A program made the position numbers and the translations under genes. Below the pieces are notes generated by a model. That model made no database searches. It had not been told where the DNA came from and saw only the letters and a program-made list of their open reading frames with translations. This document shows positions 11,859 to 21,836 of a DNA stretch of 64,000 nucleotides, in pieces (the stretch's first letter is position 1; each line of letters starts with the position of its first letter). Origin of the DNA: an uncultured Verrucomicrobiae bacterium (GTDB lineage: Bacteria; Verrucomicrobiota; Verrucomicrobiia; Chthoniobacterales; UBA10450); contig CAVSDR010000005.1 in NCBI GenBank assembly GCA_963726745.1, positions 1 through 64,000 on the forward strand, given 5' to 3'.

Positions 11859-13679
11859 TTACGTTTCTGGAAGGACGCGTTTCACCAGCCGGCTGATCCC
11901 GCTCTGGGCGAATTCGCTCGCGGGATAAATTTTTCGCGCCTTCAAATACCACGCCAGGCTGGAGCCGATCTCGTCCTTCGCCTCGAGCTGCTCGGCGGTG
12001 CGCAAGGTGCGCACAAAGTCGGCCGCCTCGGTCGTGAGATTGGCGCGCAGTTGGTTGAGTTTGCTGTCCTCGGGATGCTGCTGGTAGACCTTCTCGACCG
12101 TCTCCCAGGCGCCGGCAAAATCGCCGCGCTTCTCGATCTCGCCCGCCTGGATGATCGCGGTCTCGATCACCTGCATCTCATCGAGCACCTTCTTCAATTG
12201 CTCCTGCCGCTCCGGATAAAGCGCGGCCGCGGCGATGAAGCGTAGCTTGTCATTGTAGATTTGCCGGTGGTTGTGCTGGCTGATCAGCTGATCGAGATCG
12301 ACCAGCGCCTTCTGCTGCACGTCGGCCTGCGAAAAAATGAGCCCGGAGATTTCGGCGAGCGCGGGATTGCGCGGCCAGATTTCGGTCGCCTGCTTGAGTT
12401 CGCTCTCAAGCGTGGCCTTGTCGCCGCTGACCGCGGCGTTGCGTGCCTTCGCCAGGTGCATCCCGCTGACGGTGCGCGCGGTCTCGATCGCGGCCAGCGG
12501 TTTCGATTCGTCGAAGTCTTTAGCCAGCGTTTTCAGCTCCGTGACCAGTTTCGAGGCGAGGCCGTAGTCCTTCACCTCGATCGCGGAAATGAGCTGGAAA
12601 TTCTTCTGCGAAAAGTCGAGCACCTGGCGCTTTTCCTCGCGCGGAAGGGTGCGCACCTCGGGGAGGAATTCGCCCACGCTGAACGCTTCCGCGAGGCGTT
12701 TGCTCGCGCTCTGGAGTTCGTTCTTGCCAAGGAGAAAACGGAACGCCTGGATGCTCTCGCGGACGTCGCGGATGGCTTCGTGCGCCAGGGAATCGAGCGT
12801 GCCCACGGTCGGCGGCATGCCGCTGCTCTTGGCGAAGAGGTCCTTCAGGTCGCTCCCGACCTCGAGCTTGCCTTCGCCGCCGCTGAAGATGTTCCGGTAA
12901 AAACGCGTGCCGATGAGCAAATGCTGGAAGCGCCGCTGGACAAAGAGCTGCACGAAGAGCGCCTGGAACTCGATTTTAGCCTGCAAGATGGTCAGCTCTT
13001 TCTTCGCCTGGTTGGTCTTGATCGTGGCCAGGATCTCCGCCAGCCGCGTGGTGTAAGGCTGCATCGCCAGCTCGCGCGATTGGCCCTGCTGGCGGGCCCA
13101 TTCCGCGGCCGCCTCCTTGTTCGGCGGCGCGCTGTCCAGTTTCGTTTGCTGCGAGGCGAGGCGCGCGTTCCACTCGTTCGTCTTCCGTTCCTGCTCGAGC
13201 GCGTTGTTCGCCTGGGCCAGGCGCTGGTTTGCATCCTGCGCGCGCCAGACGCTGTAGACCGCGTCCGCGAGCGCATCGCAGAGGCGCGCATCGAGGTCGA
13301 AGTTCGAGGCGCGCGGGAGCAGGCGGAAAGCTTCGTCGACGCTGTTGCTGGTGAATTTCTCCGGCGCCAGCCGGTCGAGGATCGCATTCAAGACGCGCTG
13401 ATATTCCTGCGAGCGCTGGTCGGTTTCCTCGGGCGCGTTCAGGTATTTCTCGAAGCGCGCCTCGAAGACACGGTTGTTGTTCAGGTTCCAGCTGTGGCCG
13501 TCCCAGGTCACGATTTCGTTCGCCGGGTCGAAGATGGGCACGTCTTTGCCGAGGAACTTTGCCGGCGCGGAAGCCGTTGCCGCGGGGGCCGCCGGTGCGC
13601 TCGCGGGCGGAGCGGCATCCGGCACCTGCGCGAGCGCGCCCGCCGCGAGCGCGCAGGAGAAAACAGCCAGCCACTTCAT
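11859..13679 (-). CDS. secreted alpha-helical/TPR-like hypothetical protein
   Basis: MKWLAVFSCALAAGALAQ signal peptide, Ala/Pro linker, long helical/coiled-coil body; ATGA overlap with the upstream gene. Confidence 0.75.
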   Translation of the reverse strand: MKWLAVFSCALAAGALAQVPDAAPPASAPAAPAATASAPAKFLGKDVPIFDPANEIVTWDGHSWNLNNNRVFEARFEKYLNAPEETDQRSQEYQRVLNAILDRLAPEKFTSNSVDEAFRLLPRASNFDLDARLCDALADAVYSVWRAQDANQRLAQANNALEQERKTNEWNARLASQQTKLDSAPPNKEAAAEWARQQGQSRELAMQPYTTRLAEILATIKTNQAKKELTILQAKIEFQALFVQLFVQRRFQHLLIGTRFYRNIFSGGEGKLEVGSDLKDLFAKSSGMPPTVGTLDSLAHEAIRDVRESIQAFRFLLGKNELQSASKRLAEAFSVGEFLPEVRTLPREEKRQVLDFSQKNFQLISAIEVKDYGLASKLVTELKTLAKDFDESKPLAAIETARTVSGMHLAKARNAAVSGDKATLESELKQATEIWPRNPALAEISGLIFSQADVQQKALVDLDQLISQHNHRQIYNDKLRFIAAAALYPERQEQLKKVLDEMQVIETAIIQAGEIEKRGDFAGAWETVEKVYQQHPEDSKLNQLRANLTTEAADFVRTLRTAEQLEAKDEIGSSLAWYLKARKIYPASEFAQSGISRLVKRVLPET

Positions 13680-14074
13680 ACCTTGCGGATGTCGCGCACG
13701 TGCAGGATGCCCTTCTCGCCGACCTCGATCTTGAAGAAGTAGCGCTGCCCTTTCTGGATGTTCATGCTGTTGAAGGCGGCCGGGAGGAGCAGCGGGAGAA
13801 TGTCTTCGCGGCCCTCGACCTCGACCGAGTAAAGCCGGCCCGTGAGCGGCGCCCAGGCGAGCTGCGTCTCCACGCGCCCGCTCAGCTTGTAGACATTCCC
13901 GCGCAGGCTGTTCGCGTTCTCCAGGTAAACTGGGACTTCGAGCGCAGTCAGCGTGCGGAAGGGATCGCTCACGCGCTGGTAAAGCCACCAACCGCCCGCG
14001 AGCGCTGCGAGCGCCAGGAGCGCAACCATTCCCACCCACCAAGGATTCACAGAAGAACTCGCCCGGCGGACCAT
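13676..14074 (-). CDS. membrane-anchored hypothetical protein (small beta-rich domain)
   Basis: MVRRASSSVNPWWVGMVALL TM then YLENANSLRGNVYK; start approximate. Confidence 0.7.
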   Translation of the reverse strand: MVRRASSSVNPWWVGMVALLALAALAGGWWLYQRVSDPFRTLTALEVPVYLENANSLRGNVYKLSGRVETQLAWAPLTGRLYSVEVEGREDILPLLLPAAFNSMNIQKGQRYFFKIEVGEKGILHVRDIRKV

Positions 14075-14126
14075 TGCGCGGAGGTTATCGCCCGCGAGGA
14101 GGCAATGCAATCGATCGCTCTCGCTG

Positions 14127-15803
14127 CTAATCCCACCGGCTGTTCTGCGCGCCCAGCCAGGCGACCAAAATGCCGCCAACAACGTGCGCCGCGAGGACCC
14201 AAGCGCCGAGCTCGAAAGCCGCCAGCTCCGTCTGCGCCATCCCTTGCACGAAATCGTAGAAGCGCGTTTCGCGCATCGTTTGCAGGTAGCCGGACCAACC
14301 CCAGTAGGCCGCGATGAGCGGCCGCGTTGCCCAGCCGATCGTCGCCGGCAGCGCCAGGACCGCGCCGGAAAGCGGGAGTTGCAGGCCCACGAGGTAAACG
14401 CCGAGAAGCGACGCATTCTCCGCCGAGCGCGCGTGGCTGGAAAGCGCCAGGCAGATCGCGGTCATCGCGGCATTCGTTAGGCCAAGGATCAAGACCTGGC
14501 CGAGGAGATGGCCCGGGAACCGGCAGATGAGGCTGACAAAAAGAGCCATCCAGATGGATTGCGCAGCGACGAGCGCGGCGAGGAAGGCGACCTTGCTCGC
14601 GATGTAACTCAGCGGTCGCAGCCCGGCGAATTTCTCCTTCTCAAAAATCGCGCGCTCGCCTGCGATCTCGCGCGCGGCGTTGTTCGCGCCCATGAGCGTG
14701 AGCAGGATCACCTGGAACATGACCAACCCGGAGACGAGGCTGCCGACGCGGGAGGAGCGGAGCGCGAAGGCCGCGGTCTCGAGCAGTTCCTGGAGCGCAT
14801 TCGTCGGCAGGCTGGTGAGGTTCTGGATTTGCGGGAGACCGCCCCAGGCGAAGATGACCACCAGGCAGGGAAAGCCGAAAAGGAGCGCGGCTTGCAGGAG
14901 GAGCTGCCCGCGATCGCGCCGGAAGAGCGTCCAGCGGCGGCCGAGGAGCGCGCGGAATTGCGTGAGCGCACCGGGCAGCGGAGCCGGCGCGACCGCCAGC
15001 GACTCGTTAGGCGCGGCCGGGGTGGCGTAAGCGCCGGCATGCTCGCGCCAGAGCGCGGCCCATTCATCAGCGCGGCGCCCGGCGAGCGCGGGGAAGAGCT
15101 CCTCGGGGTTCTCGATCCCGAAGTAATGGCCTAACAAGTCGGGCGCGCCCTGGTAAACCAGCCGGCCTTCGTGCAGCACGGTGACGCTGTCGTGCAGCGC
15201 GAGATGGCGCAGGCTGTGGGTCACGCTCAGGACGGTGCGGCCGTGGTCGAGCGCGAGCGCGCGCAGGAGCTGCACGATCTCGCTTTCCGCCTTCGGGTCG
15301 AGGCCGCTGGTGACTTCGTCGCAGAGGAGCAGCTGTGGCTCGCTCACCAGCTCGAGCGCGAGCGCGAGCCGCCGTTTTTGGCCGCCGGAAAGCAAGCCCG
15401 TGCGGCGGTCGGCGATCTCCTCCAGGCCGACCGCCTCGAGGAAATGCCGGGCCCGCGCCGCGCGCATCTCGCTGGCTAAATTTCCCACGCGCAAGCGGAG
15501 CGCGCTCTCGACGTTTTCCGCCGCGGTGAGCAAGTCGAAGGCGATGCCAAATTGCGGCACGTAGCCGATCTCCTGCGGTGCGAGGTCGTGCTCGTCGAGA
15601 TCGCGTCCGCGCCAATGCACGCTCCCTTCGAGCGGCTCCCGCAGACCGGCGATCACCTTCAAGAGGGTGCTCTTGCCGCAGCCCGACGGGCCGACGATCG
15701 CGTGCAATCGGCCGGGAGCGAAGCGGGCATGCACCGCGTGGAGCAGGCGGGTCGCCTCCCCGCTTCGGCCCGCGGCCAGGCTCACTTCGCGCAACTCCAG
15801 CAT
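14127..15803 (-). CDS. fused ABC transporter ATPase/permease (NBD plus ABC-2-type membrane domain)
   Basis: Walker A GPSGCGKST, LSGGQ, LLCDEVTSGLD; six C-terminal TM helices; AREIAGERAIFEKE. Confidence 0.9.
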   Translation of the reverse strand: MLELREVSLAAGRSGEATRLLHAVHARFAPGRLHAIVGPSGCGKSTLLKVIAGLREPLEGSVHWRGRDLDEHDLAPQEIGYVPQFGIAFDLLTAAENVESALRLRVGNLASEMRAARARHFLEAVGLEEIADRRTGLLSGGQKRRLALALELVSEPQLLLCDEVTSGLDPKAESEIVQLLRALALDHGRTVLSVTHSLRHLALHDSVTVLHEGRLVYQGAPDLLGHYFGIENPEELFPALAGRRADEWAALWREHAGAYATPAAPNESLAVAPAPLPGALTQFRALLGRRWTLFRRDRGQLLLQAALLFGFPCLVVIFAWGGLPQIQNLTSLPTNALQELLETAAFALRSSRVGSLVSGLVMFQVILLTLMGANNAAREIAGERAIFEKEKFAGLRPLSYIASKVAFLAALVAAQSIWMALFVSLICRFPGHLLGQVLILGLTNAAMTAICLALSSHARSAENASLLGVYLVGLQLPLSGAVLALPATIGWATRPLIAAYWGWSGYLQTMRETRFYDFVQGMAQTELAAFELGAWVLAAHVVGGILVAWLGAQNSRWD

Positions 15804-15847
15804 GCGGTTTGGATCGTCGCGCAGGTGCGCTACGCTTGCCAAGCGCC

Positions 15848-17153
15848 ATGACAACTTTTCGGCGACGCCTCGCGTGGGCGGCAATTTTCCTCGCCGCTGG
15901 CCTGGTCGTGCTGCTCTTCGGCGCGCGCTTCGGCGCGAGTTGGTTTTTACAGAGCGCGCGCTTCCAGCGGCAGATCACGTCCGCGGTCGCGGGAACCTTG
16001 AAAGCGGAGGCGACCTTCATGCCGCTGCAATTTTCCGGCGGCACGCTGTACTCGGATGGAATGGTCGCGCGCGGCAGCAGCGCGGCTTTCTTTTCCACCC
16101 TGCGGGCCGACCAAATCCGCGCGGTGGTGCGCTGGCGCGGGCTGCTCGCGCGCCGCTGGGAGATCGAGGAATTGAAGCTGGAAAATCTCGAGGTGCGCCT
16201 GGCGGAACGGACGCCGGCTGGGAACCAATTCCAAGCCACCGCGGCGGGCGGTGCTGGCAGCGGACAGCGGTTGGAAGCTCGATCTTCGCCGTGCGGAAGT
16301 GGCGCGTTCTTCCTGGAGCTGGGCTTCCGGGAAAATAGACAGCGCTGCGTTTACCCTGCGCCCGGACGGAGCCGCCTGGCTGATCGAAGCGCGGAGTGGA
16401 TTCGTTAGGCAAACCGGCTGGCCCGAACTCGCGCTCGAGTCGGCGAAGTTGCGCTCGAACGGCGAGACGCTCTTCCTGACCGAGAGCGCCTTCCGCGCGG
16501 GCAGCGGCCGATTGACCGCGAGCGGCGAGGTGAACCTCACGCGCGCGGCCAAGCTCCAGGCCGAGCTCACGCAGGTGCCGCTGGCGCCATTGCTTTCGCC
16601 GGACTGGCGCCTGCGTCTCCATGGCGACCTCAACGGCCGCGTGCGTCTCCAGGCGGACCTGCCCGCAGGCGCCGTGCGAAGCGAGGGCGAGTTGCAGCTC
16701 GTGCACGGCCAGCTCGAGGCGCTGCCGGTGCTCGAGCAGATCGCCAGCTTCACCCGCACGGAGCGTTTCCGCCGGATCGCATTGACCAAAGCGTCGGCTG
16801 TTTTCACCCACGCGGACGGCGTCACGATCGCGAAGGATGTGCTCCTGGAATCGGACGGTCTCCTGCGCGTGGAAGGCGGCTGCACGATCGCGGGCGACCA
16901 GCTCGACGGGACGTTCCAGGTGGGCGTGACCGCCGCGAGCCTGCAGTGGCTGCCCGGTTCGCAGGCGCGCGTTTTCACGGTGCAACGCGACGGCTATTTC
17001 TGGACGACGCTGCGGCTCACCGGCCCGGTGGCGCATCCGCACGAAGATCTTTCACGCCGGCTGATGGCCGCGGCCGCGGGCGAGCTGCTGGAGAATGGCA
17101 CGGACACTTTGCGCGAGGCCGCAAAGACGCTCTTCGACTTGATCCCTCACTGA
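15848..17153 (+). CDS. AsmA-like envelope protein (frameshift near 16240)
   Basis: N-terminal TM then beta-rich repeats; two overlapping ORFs join. Confidence 0.65.
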
Positions 17154-17680
17154 GCGGGCAGGCTAAAGCTTCCGCCGTTGCCCGATTCGAACGCCTCCTG
17201 CGCGCTGCGCAAAAGCGCCTGCAACTGCGCTTCGCTGGCGAGGCGATACTCGATCGTGTGCGCGTGCGTGCTCCCGGGGAAGGTCTTGGTCACGCGCTTC
17301 CAAAGTTCATCCGCGCCGGTGCGTTCGCCGGCCTCGCGTGCGAGGTCGGTCATCTTGTCGGCCGTGGCCTGGCCGAGGCCGAGGGGCGACTTTGGCGTGG
17401 CCGGTTCGAGGTAATAGAAGCGCGCCGCCATGTTTCCCTGCGTGTCGAGGTTGACCTCACTCACCCGGGCAACGCCATCGACCACATAGCTGTGGCGGCT
17501 CACGGAAACGATCGCGCGCACCGCGACTTCGTAGACGCCGCCGGGAATCTCGCAGCGCCAGATCGGCAGACGCGGGAGCGGCGTCGCGGTGGGGGAAGGC
17601 GAGAGCGCAGGCGACGGCGATTGGGCGGACGCGGAGGCGACCGCGGCGAAGGCGAGAAAAATTAGCCAGCGCTTTGTCAT
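17147..17680 (-). CDS. secreted hypothetical protein
   Basis: Signal peptide, SP-rich linker, WRCEIPGG...THAHTIEYR. Confidence 0.7.
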   Translation of the reverse strand: MTKRWLIFLAFAAVASASAQSPSPALSPSPTATPLPRLPIWRCEIPGGVYEVAVRAIVSVSRHSYVVDGVARVSEVNLDTQGNMAARFYYLEPATPKSPLGLGQATADKMTDLAREAGERTGADELWKRVTKTFPGSTHAHTIEYRLASEAQLQALLRSAQEAFESGNGGSFSLPAQ

Positions 17681-17681
17681 T

Positions 17682-18740
17682 TCAACAAATCCTCGGGAGT
17701 TGCTCGCCGGAAAGCAGGTCGACTACCCGGCGCCCGCCCACGCGCGTGTGCATGGTCACGAAGCCCGGATGATCAGCGACCACTTCGCCGATGATGGCCG
17801 CCTCGCGGCCTAACGAGTGCTGGCGCATGGCGGCGAGGACGCGGTCGGCCTCGCCCGGCGCGACCAGCGCGAGCAGCTTGCCTTCGTTGGCTACGTAAAG
17901 CGGATCGAGCCCCAGGATCTCGCAGGCGCCTTTTACCTCCTCGCTGATCGGGATCGTGCTTTCCTGCAAAACCATCCCGCGCCGGGCGGCCTGCGCGATC
18001 TCGGTGAGCGCGCTGGTTATTCCTCCGCGGGTCGGATCGCGGAGCACATGGACCTCGGGGCAAACGGCGAGGATGGCCTCGACCAGGCCGTTGAGCGGCG
18101 CGGTGTCGCTGGCGATTTCGCTTTCGAATTCGAGGCCTTCGCGCACCGACATGATCGCGATGCCGTGGACCGCGATCGCTCCGCTCAGGATGATCTTGTC
18201 GCCTGTTTCCGCGCGGGTCGGGCGGATGTCGATCCCATCCGGTATGACCCCGATGCCGGAAGTGTTGATGAAGATTTTGTCGGCCTTGCCGCGGTCGACC
18301 ACCTTGGTGTCGCCCGTCACGAGTTGCACTCCGGCGGCGTCGGCAGCGGCGCGCATCGATTGCACCACGCGCCAGAATTCCTCCATCGGCAGGCCCTCCT
18401 CGAGGATGAAAGCAACCGAGAGATAAAGCGGGCGCGCGCCGCACATTGCGAGGTCGTTGACCGTGCCGTGGACCGCGAGCTTCCCGATGTCGCCCCCGGG
18501 AAAGAAGATCGGATTGACCACGTAGCTGTCGGTGCTGAAGGCGAGGCGCTGATTGCCTAACGAGAAGATGGCGCCGTCGTGCAGCGGGGCGAGCAGCTCG
18601 TTGCGGAACTGCGGCAGGACCATCTTCTCCATTAACTGATGACTCAGTTTGCCGCCGCTCCCGTGGGCCAGGACGATGGCCTCATAGTTCGTGATCGGAA
18701 TCGGGCAGGAAGCTCCCAAGAGCCCGGCATCAGATGACAT
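17682..18740 (-). CDS. hypE: hydrogenase maturation protein HypE
   Basis: AHGSGG, STDSYVV, GTVNDL, GDTKVV, RDPTRGG, C-terminal PRIC. Confidence 0.97.
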   Translation of the reverse strand: MSSDAGLLGASCPIPITNYEAIVLAHGSGGKLSHQLMEKMVLPQFRNELLAPLHDGAIFSLGNQRLAFSTDSYVVNPIFFPGGDIGKLAVHGTVNDLAMCGARPLYLSVAFILEEGLPMEEFWRVVQSMRAAADAAGVQLVTGDTKVVDRGKADKIFINTSGIGVIPDGIDIRPTRAETGDKIILSGAIAVHGIAIMSVREGLEFESEIASDTAPLNGLVEAILAVCPEVHVLRDPTRGGITSALTEIAQAARRGMVLQESTIPISEEVKGACEILGLDPLYVANEGKLLALVAPGEADRVLAAMRQHSLGREAAIIGEVVADHPGFVTMHTRVGGRRVVDLLSGEQLPRIC

Positions 18741-19350
18741 CTTCGGCTCCGGCGGCGATGTGAATCAGGTCCCAGAGGACGTGCACCAGCGTGGCGTGCA
18801 CTTCCTGGATCCGATGGATGCTGAAGGAGGGGACGATGAAGGAATAGTCAGCGAGATCAGGGAAACGCCCGCCGTCTTTGCCGGACCACGCGATCGTGAG
18901 CATCTCGCGCCGGCGCGCTTCTTCGAGGGCGTAGATCAGGTTGGGCGACTTGCCGCTGGTGCTCACGGCCAGCGCCATGTCGCCGGGCTGGCCTAACAAG
19001 CGCAGTTGATCGACGAAGATGCGCGAGAAATCGGCGTCGTTTCCGATCGCGGTCATGGTCGCGATGTCGCTCATGAGCGAGATCGCGGGAAAGGCCGCGC
19101 GCTTCTCGATGATCGGGTGGGTGAACTCGACCGCAAAATGAAGCGCGTCGCACAGGCTGCCGCCATTGCCCATGACGAGGAGCTTCCTGCCCTCGGCAAA
19201 GCGCCGCGCCATTTCGCGGCTAAGGGCTTCGATGCTGTCGGCATACTGGGTGAAGAATTTCTCCTTCATCTCGATGCTCTCGCCCGCCTTGCGGAGAATT
19301 TTCGCGCGAAAACTTTCGCCCGATTGGTCGATCGCCACCCCGGTGCTCAA
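18730..19350 (-). CDS. SIS-domain phosphoheptose-isomerase-like (GmhA-like) protein
   Basis: [31 protein letters not shown]; probable TTG start overlapping the hypD stop. Confidence 0.85.
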   Translation of the reverse strand: MSTGVAIDQSGESFRAKILRKAGESIEMKEKFFTQYADSIEALSREMARRFAEGRKLLVMGNGGSLCDALHFAVEFTHPIIEKRAAFPAISLMSDIATMTAIGNDADFSRIFVDQLRLLGQPGDMALAVSTSGKSPNLIYALEEARRREMLTIAWSGKDGGRFPDLADYSFIVPSFSIHRIQEVHATLVHVLWDLIHIAAGAEDVI

Positions 19351-20474
19351 GCGTGCGCCACCTCTGGCGAGCACTCCTCTTTGCGCTCCAGATGGCGACC
19401 GTAGGCGTAGTAGGCGGCGCAGGCGCCCTCGGCGGAGACCATGGTCGCGCCGAGCGGCGTCTCGGGCGTGCATTGCTTGCCGAAGCAGGCGCAATCGTGC
19501 GGCTTCTTTACCCCACGCAGGACCAGGCCGCTGATGCAATGTGCCGGTTCCTCGGTGTCGATTTCCTGCACGTCGAAGAGGCGCTCGGCATCGTGCGCAT
19601 GATATTCGTAGCGCAGCTTGTAGCCGCTCTTCGGAATGCTGCCGACGCCGCGCCATTTCCGGTCGCAGACTTCGAAGACGCTGTTGACCAAATCCTGCGC
19701 GACCTTGTTTCCGTCGCGATTGACCACGCGCGGATATTGATTTTCCACCGTGTGCCGGCCTTCCTCGAGCTGGCGCAGGGTCATGAGCGTGCCCTGCAGA
19801 ATATCGATCGGCTCGAAGCCGGTGATCACGATCGGCACCTGGAAGCGCTCGGCCAGCGGCTCGTATTCCCGATAACCCATGACCGTGCAGACGTGGCCCG
19901 GGCCGAGAAATCCCTGAACGCGATTTTGCGGCGATTGCAGGATCGAGGCCATCGACGGCGGGACGAGGACATGCGAGACCAGGACGGAGAAATTCGTCAA
20001 GCCCTGCTTCCGCGCCTGGAAAACAGCCATCGCATTGCTCGGCGCGGTCGTCTCGAAACCGATGGCAAAGAAGACGACTTTCTTCTCCGGATTGGCGCGC
20101 GCGATTTTCAAGCAATCGATCGGCGAGTAAACGATGCGGATGTCGGCGCCATGCGACTTGAGCACGAGCAGGTCGCCGTGCGAACCGGGCACGCGAAGCA
20201 TGTCGCCAAACGAACAGAAGATGACCTCGGGCCGCTGCGCGATGGCGTGCGCCTTGTCGATCATCTCCAGCGAGGTCACGCAGACCGGACAGCCGGGGCC
20301 GTGGACCAGCTCCACGGATTTAGGCAGCAACCTGTCGATGCCGTATTTGACGATGCTGTGCGTCTGCCCGCCGCAGACTTCCATCAAGACCCACGGCTTC
20401 GTGACCGTGCGCTGGATTTCCGCGACGATTTTCTGCGCGATCTCTTCGCTGCGATATTCGTCGAGGAATTTCAT
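19347..20474 (-). CDS. hypD: hydrogenase maturation protein HypD
   Basis: [26 protein letters not shown]. Confidence 0.97.
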   Translation of the reverse strand: MKFLDEYRSEEIAQKIVAEIQRTVTKPWVLMEVCGGQTHSIVKYGIDRLLPKSVELVHGPGCPVCVTSLEMIDKAHAIAQRPEVIFCSFGDMLRVPGSHGDLLVLKSHGADIRIVYSPIDCLKIARANPEKKVVFFAIGFETTAPSNAMAVFQARKQGLTNFSVLVSHVLVPPSMASILQSPQNRVQGFLGPGHVCTVMGYREYEPLAERFQVPIVITGFEPIDILQGTLMTLRQLEEGRHTVENQYPRVVNRDGNKVAQDLVNSVFEVCDRKWRGVGSIPKSGYKLRYEYHAHDAERLFDVQEIDTEEPAHCISGLVLRGVKKPHDCACFGKQCTPETPLGATMVSAEGACAAYYAYGRHLERKEECSPEVAHA

Positions 20475-20480
20475 GGCTCG

Positions 20481-20792
20481 TTAGGCAGCGGATCGCAGCG
20501 GCGGCGGGGATTCCCCAAATGGATCGGCCTCCGGGTCGTCGACGTCGGGGACATCGAGCTCGCCGAGTTGCTGCAAGGCCTCGAGCGCCTTGTAAGTCCG
20601 GGCGGCTTCGGCTTCGTCCACTTTGCTCAGGGCAAAACCGACGTGCACCAGGACGTAATCGCCCAGCTCGACTTCCGGGGTGTACTCCAGGCAAACCTGT
20701 TTCACGATGCCGCCGAAGTTCGCCTTGCCCATGCGCACGCCCTGCGCGTCGAGGGCGATCTCAACCAATTTCCCGGGTATCGCGAGGCACAT
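20481..20792 (-). CDS. hypC: hydrogenase chaperone HypC
   Basis: MCLAIPG, GDYVLVHVGFA. Confidence 0.95.
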   Translation of the reverse strand: MCLAIPGKLVEIALDAQGVRMGKANFGGIVKQVCLEYTPEVELGDYVLVHVGFALSKVDEAEAARTYKALEALQQLGELDVPDVDDPEADPFGESPPPLRSAA

Positions 20793-20991
20793 CGTTAGGC
20801 TCCTCCACCGCGCCGACAGCCAGCACTTTGCCAAGGGCCACGCCGTCGCACAGCAGAACTCTATCACCCGGCCGCGCGTCCGTCACGAGTTCTAGCGGCA
20901 CCTTCCAGCGCGCGCCGGCGACGCGCACCCGGGCCATGCGCAGGCCGTCATCCACGAAGAGTTCGGTGACTTCTCCGTAGACAAGATTCAT
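20761..20991 (-). CDS. HypC/HupF-like paralog lacking the N-terminal Cys
   Basis: MNLVYGEVTEL...ARVRVAG...ARPGDRVLLCDGVAL; HypC-like residue pattern. Confidence 0.7.
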   Translation of the reverse strand: MNLVYGEVTELFVDDGLRMARVRVAGARWKVPLELVTDARPGDRVLLCDGVALGKVLAVGAVEEPNDVPRDTREIG

Positions 20992-21002
20992 GCGTGCGCG
21001 CC

Positions 21003-21827
21003 CTAGCCTTTTTTCTCCGCCTCGAAGAATTCCGCGTGCGCCCCGACCGCGACCAGGGCCACGCCGCCGATTATGTTGCCGATGAGCGTGGGAATGAAAA
21101 AGCCCCCGAGCCAGTGAGCGAAGGAAACGTTTCCGAGAAGGACAAGGTAAAGCGTTTCCACGCTGCCGGCGATGATGTGGGGCAATTCCGCCAGGGCCAC
21201 GAGGTAAGCGAGAATGATGATGACCCAGACGCGCGCGGCTTCGGCAAAAGGCAGCAGCCAGACCATGAGCGCGATCAACCAGCCGGCAATCATTCCGCGG
21301 AGGACGAGCGCGCCGAAGCTCGGCTCGAACGCCGACTGGCCGATCTTGAGGAAAGCCTCGCGCACCTCCGCGCTAAAGGCGCTCGAGTAAGCGGCCAGCG
21401 CCGCGAAGATGAGCGCGCCCACGATGTTCATCGTCAGCACCGTGGCCCAGAGGCGCCCGACGGTGGCGAACATCATTGCATCCTTTTGGCGCAAGAGCGG
21501 GAGGATAACGGTGAGCGTGTTCTTGGTGAAGAGCTGCTGCCGACCGAGGATGACGATGAGAAAGCCGATGCTGTAGCCGAGCTTGGTCAGGAGCGGGGCC
21601 CAGGTCGCTTCCGGCAAATGCGCCCGCAGGAGGCCCTCGGTCATCATCGAAAAGCCCATCGATAAACCAGCCGCAAGGCCGGAGAGCGCGAGCTCCGCGG
21701 GGTTGCGCTCCAGCTCGTGTTCGCCTTCGGCATAGATCGCGGCGTAGACCACCTCCCCGGGCGGCGCGGTGCGATCGATGATTTCCTCTTCCTTCTTCTG
21801 CGAGGCGAGACGGCGATTTTGAGGCAT
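21003..21827 (-). CDS. formate/nitrite transporter family channel (YfdC-like)
   Basis: LAAGLSMGFS, QLFTKNT, AGWLIA, HIIAG, GNIIGG. Confidence 0.9.
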   Translation of the reverse strand: MPQNRRLASQKKEEEIIDRTAPPGEVVYAAIYAEGEHELERNPAELALSGLAAGLSMGFSMMTEGLLRAHLPEATWAPLLTKLGYSIGFLIVILGRQQLFTKNTLTVILPLLRQKDAMMFATVGRLWATVLTMNIVGALIFAALAAYSSAFSAEVREAFLKIGQSAFEPSFGALVLRGMIAGWLIALMVWLLPFAEAARVWVIIILAYLVALAELPHIIAGSVETLYLVLLGNVSFAHWLGGFFIPTLIGNIIGGVALVAVGAHAEFFEAEKKG

Positions 21828-21836
21828 GAGATTTTT

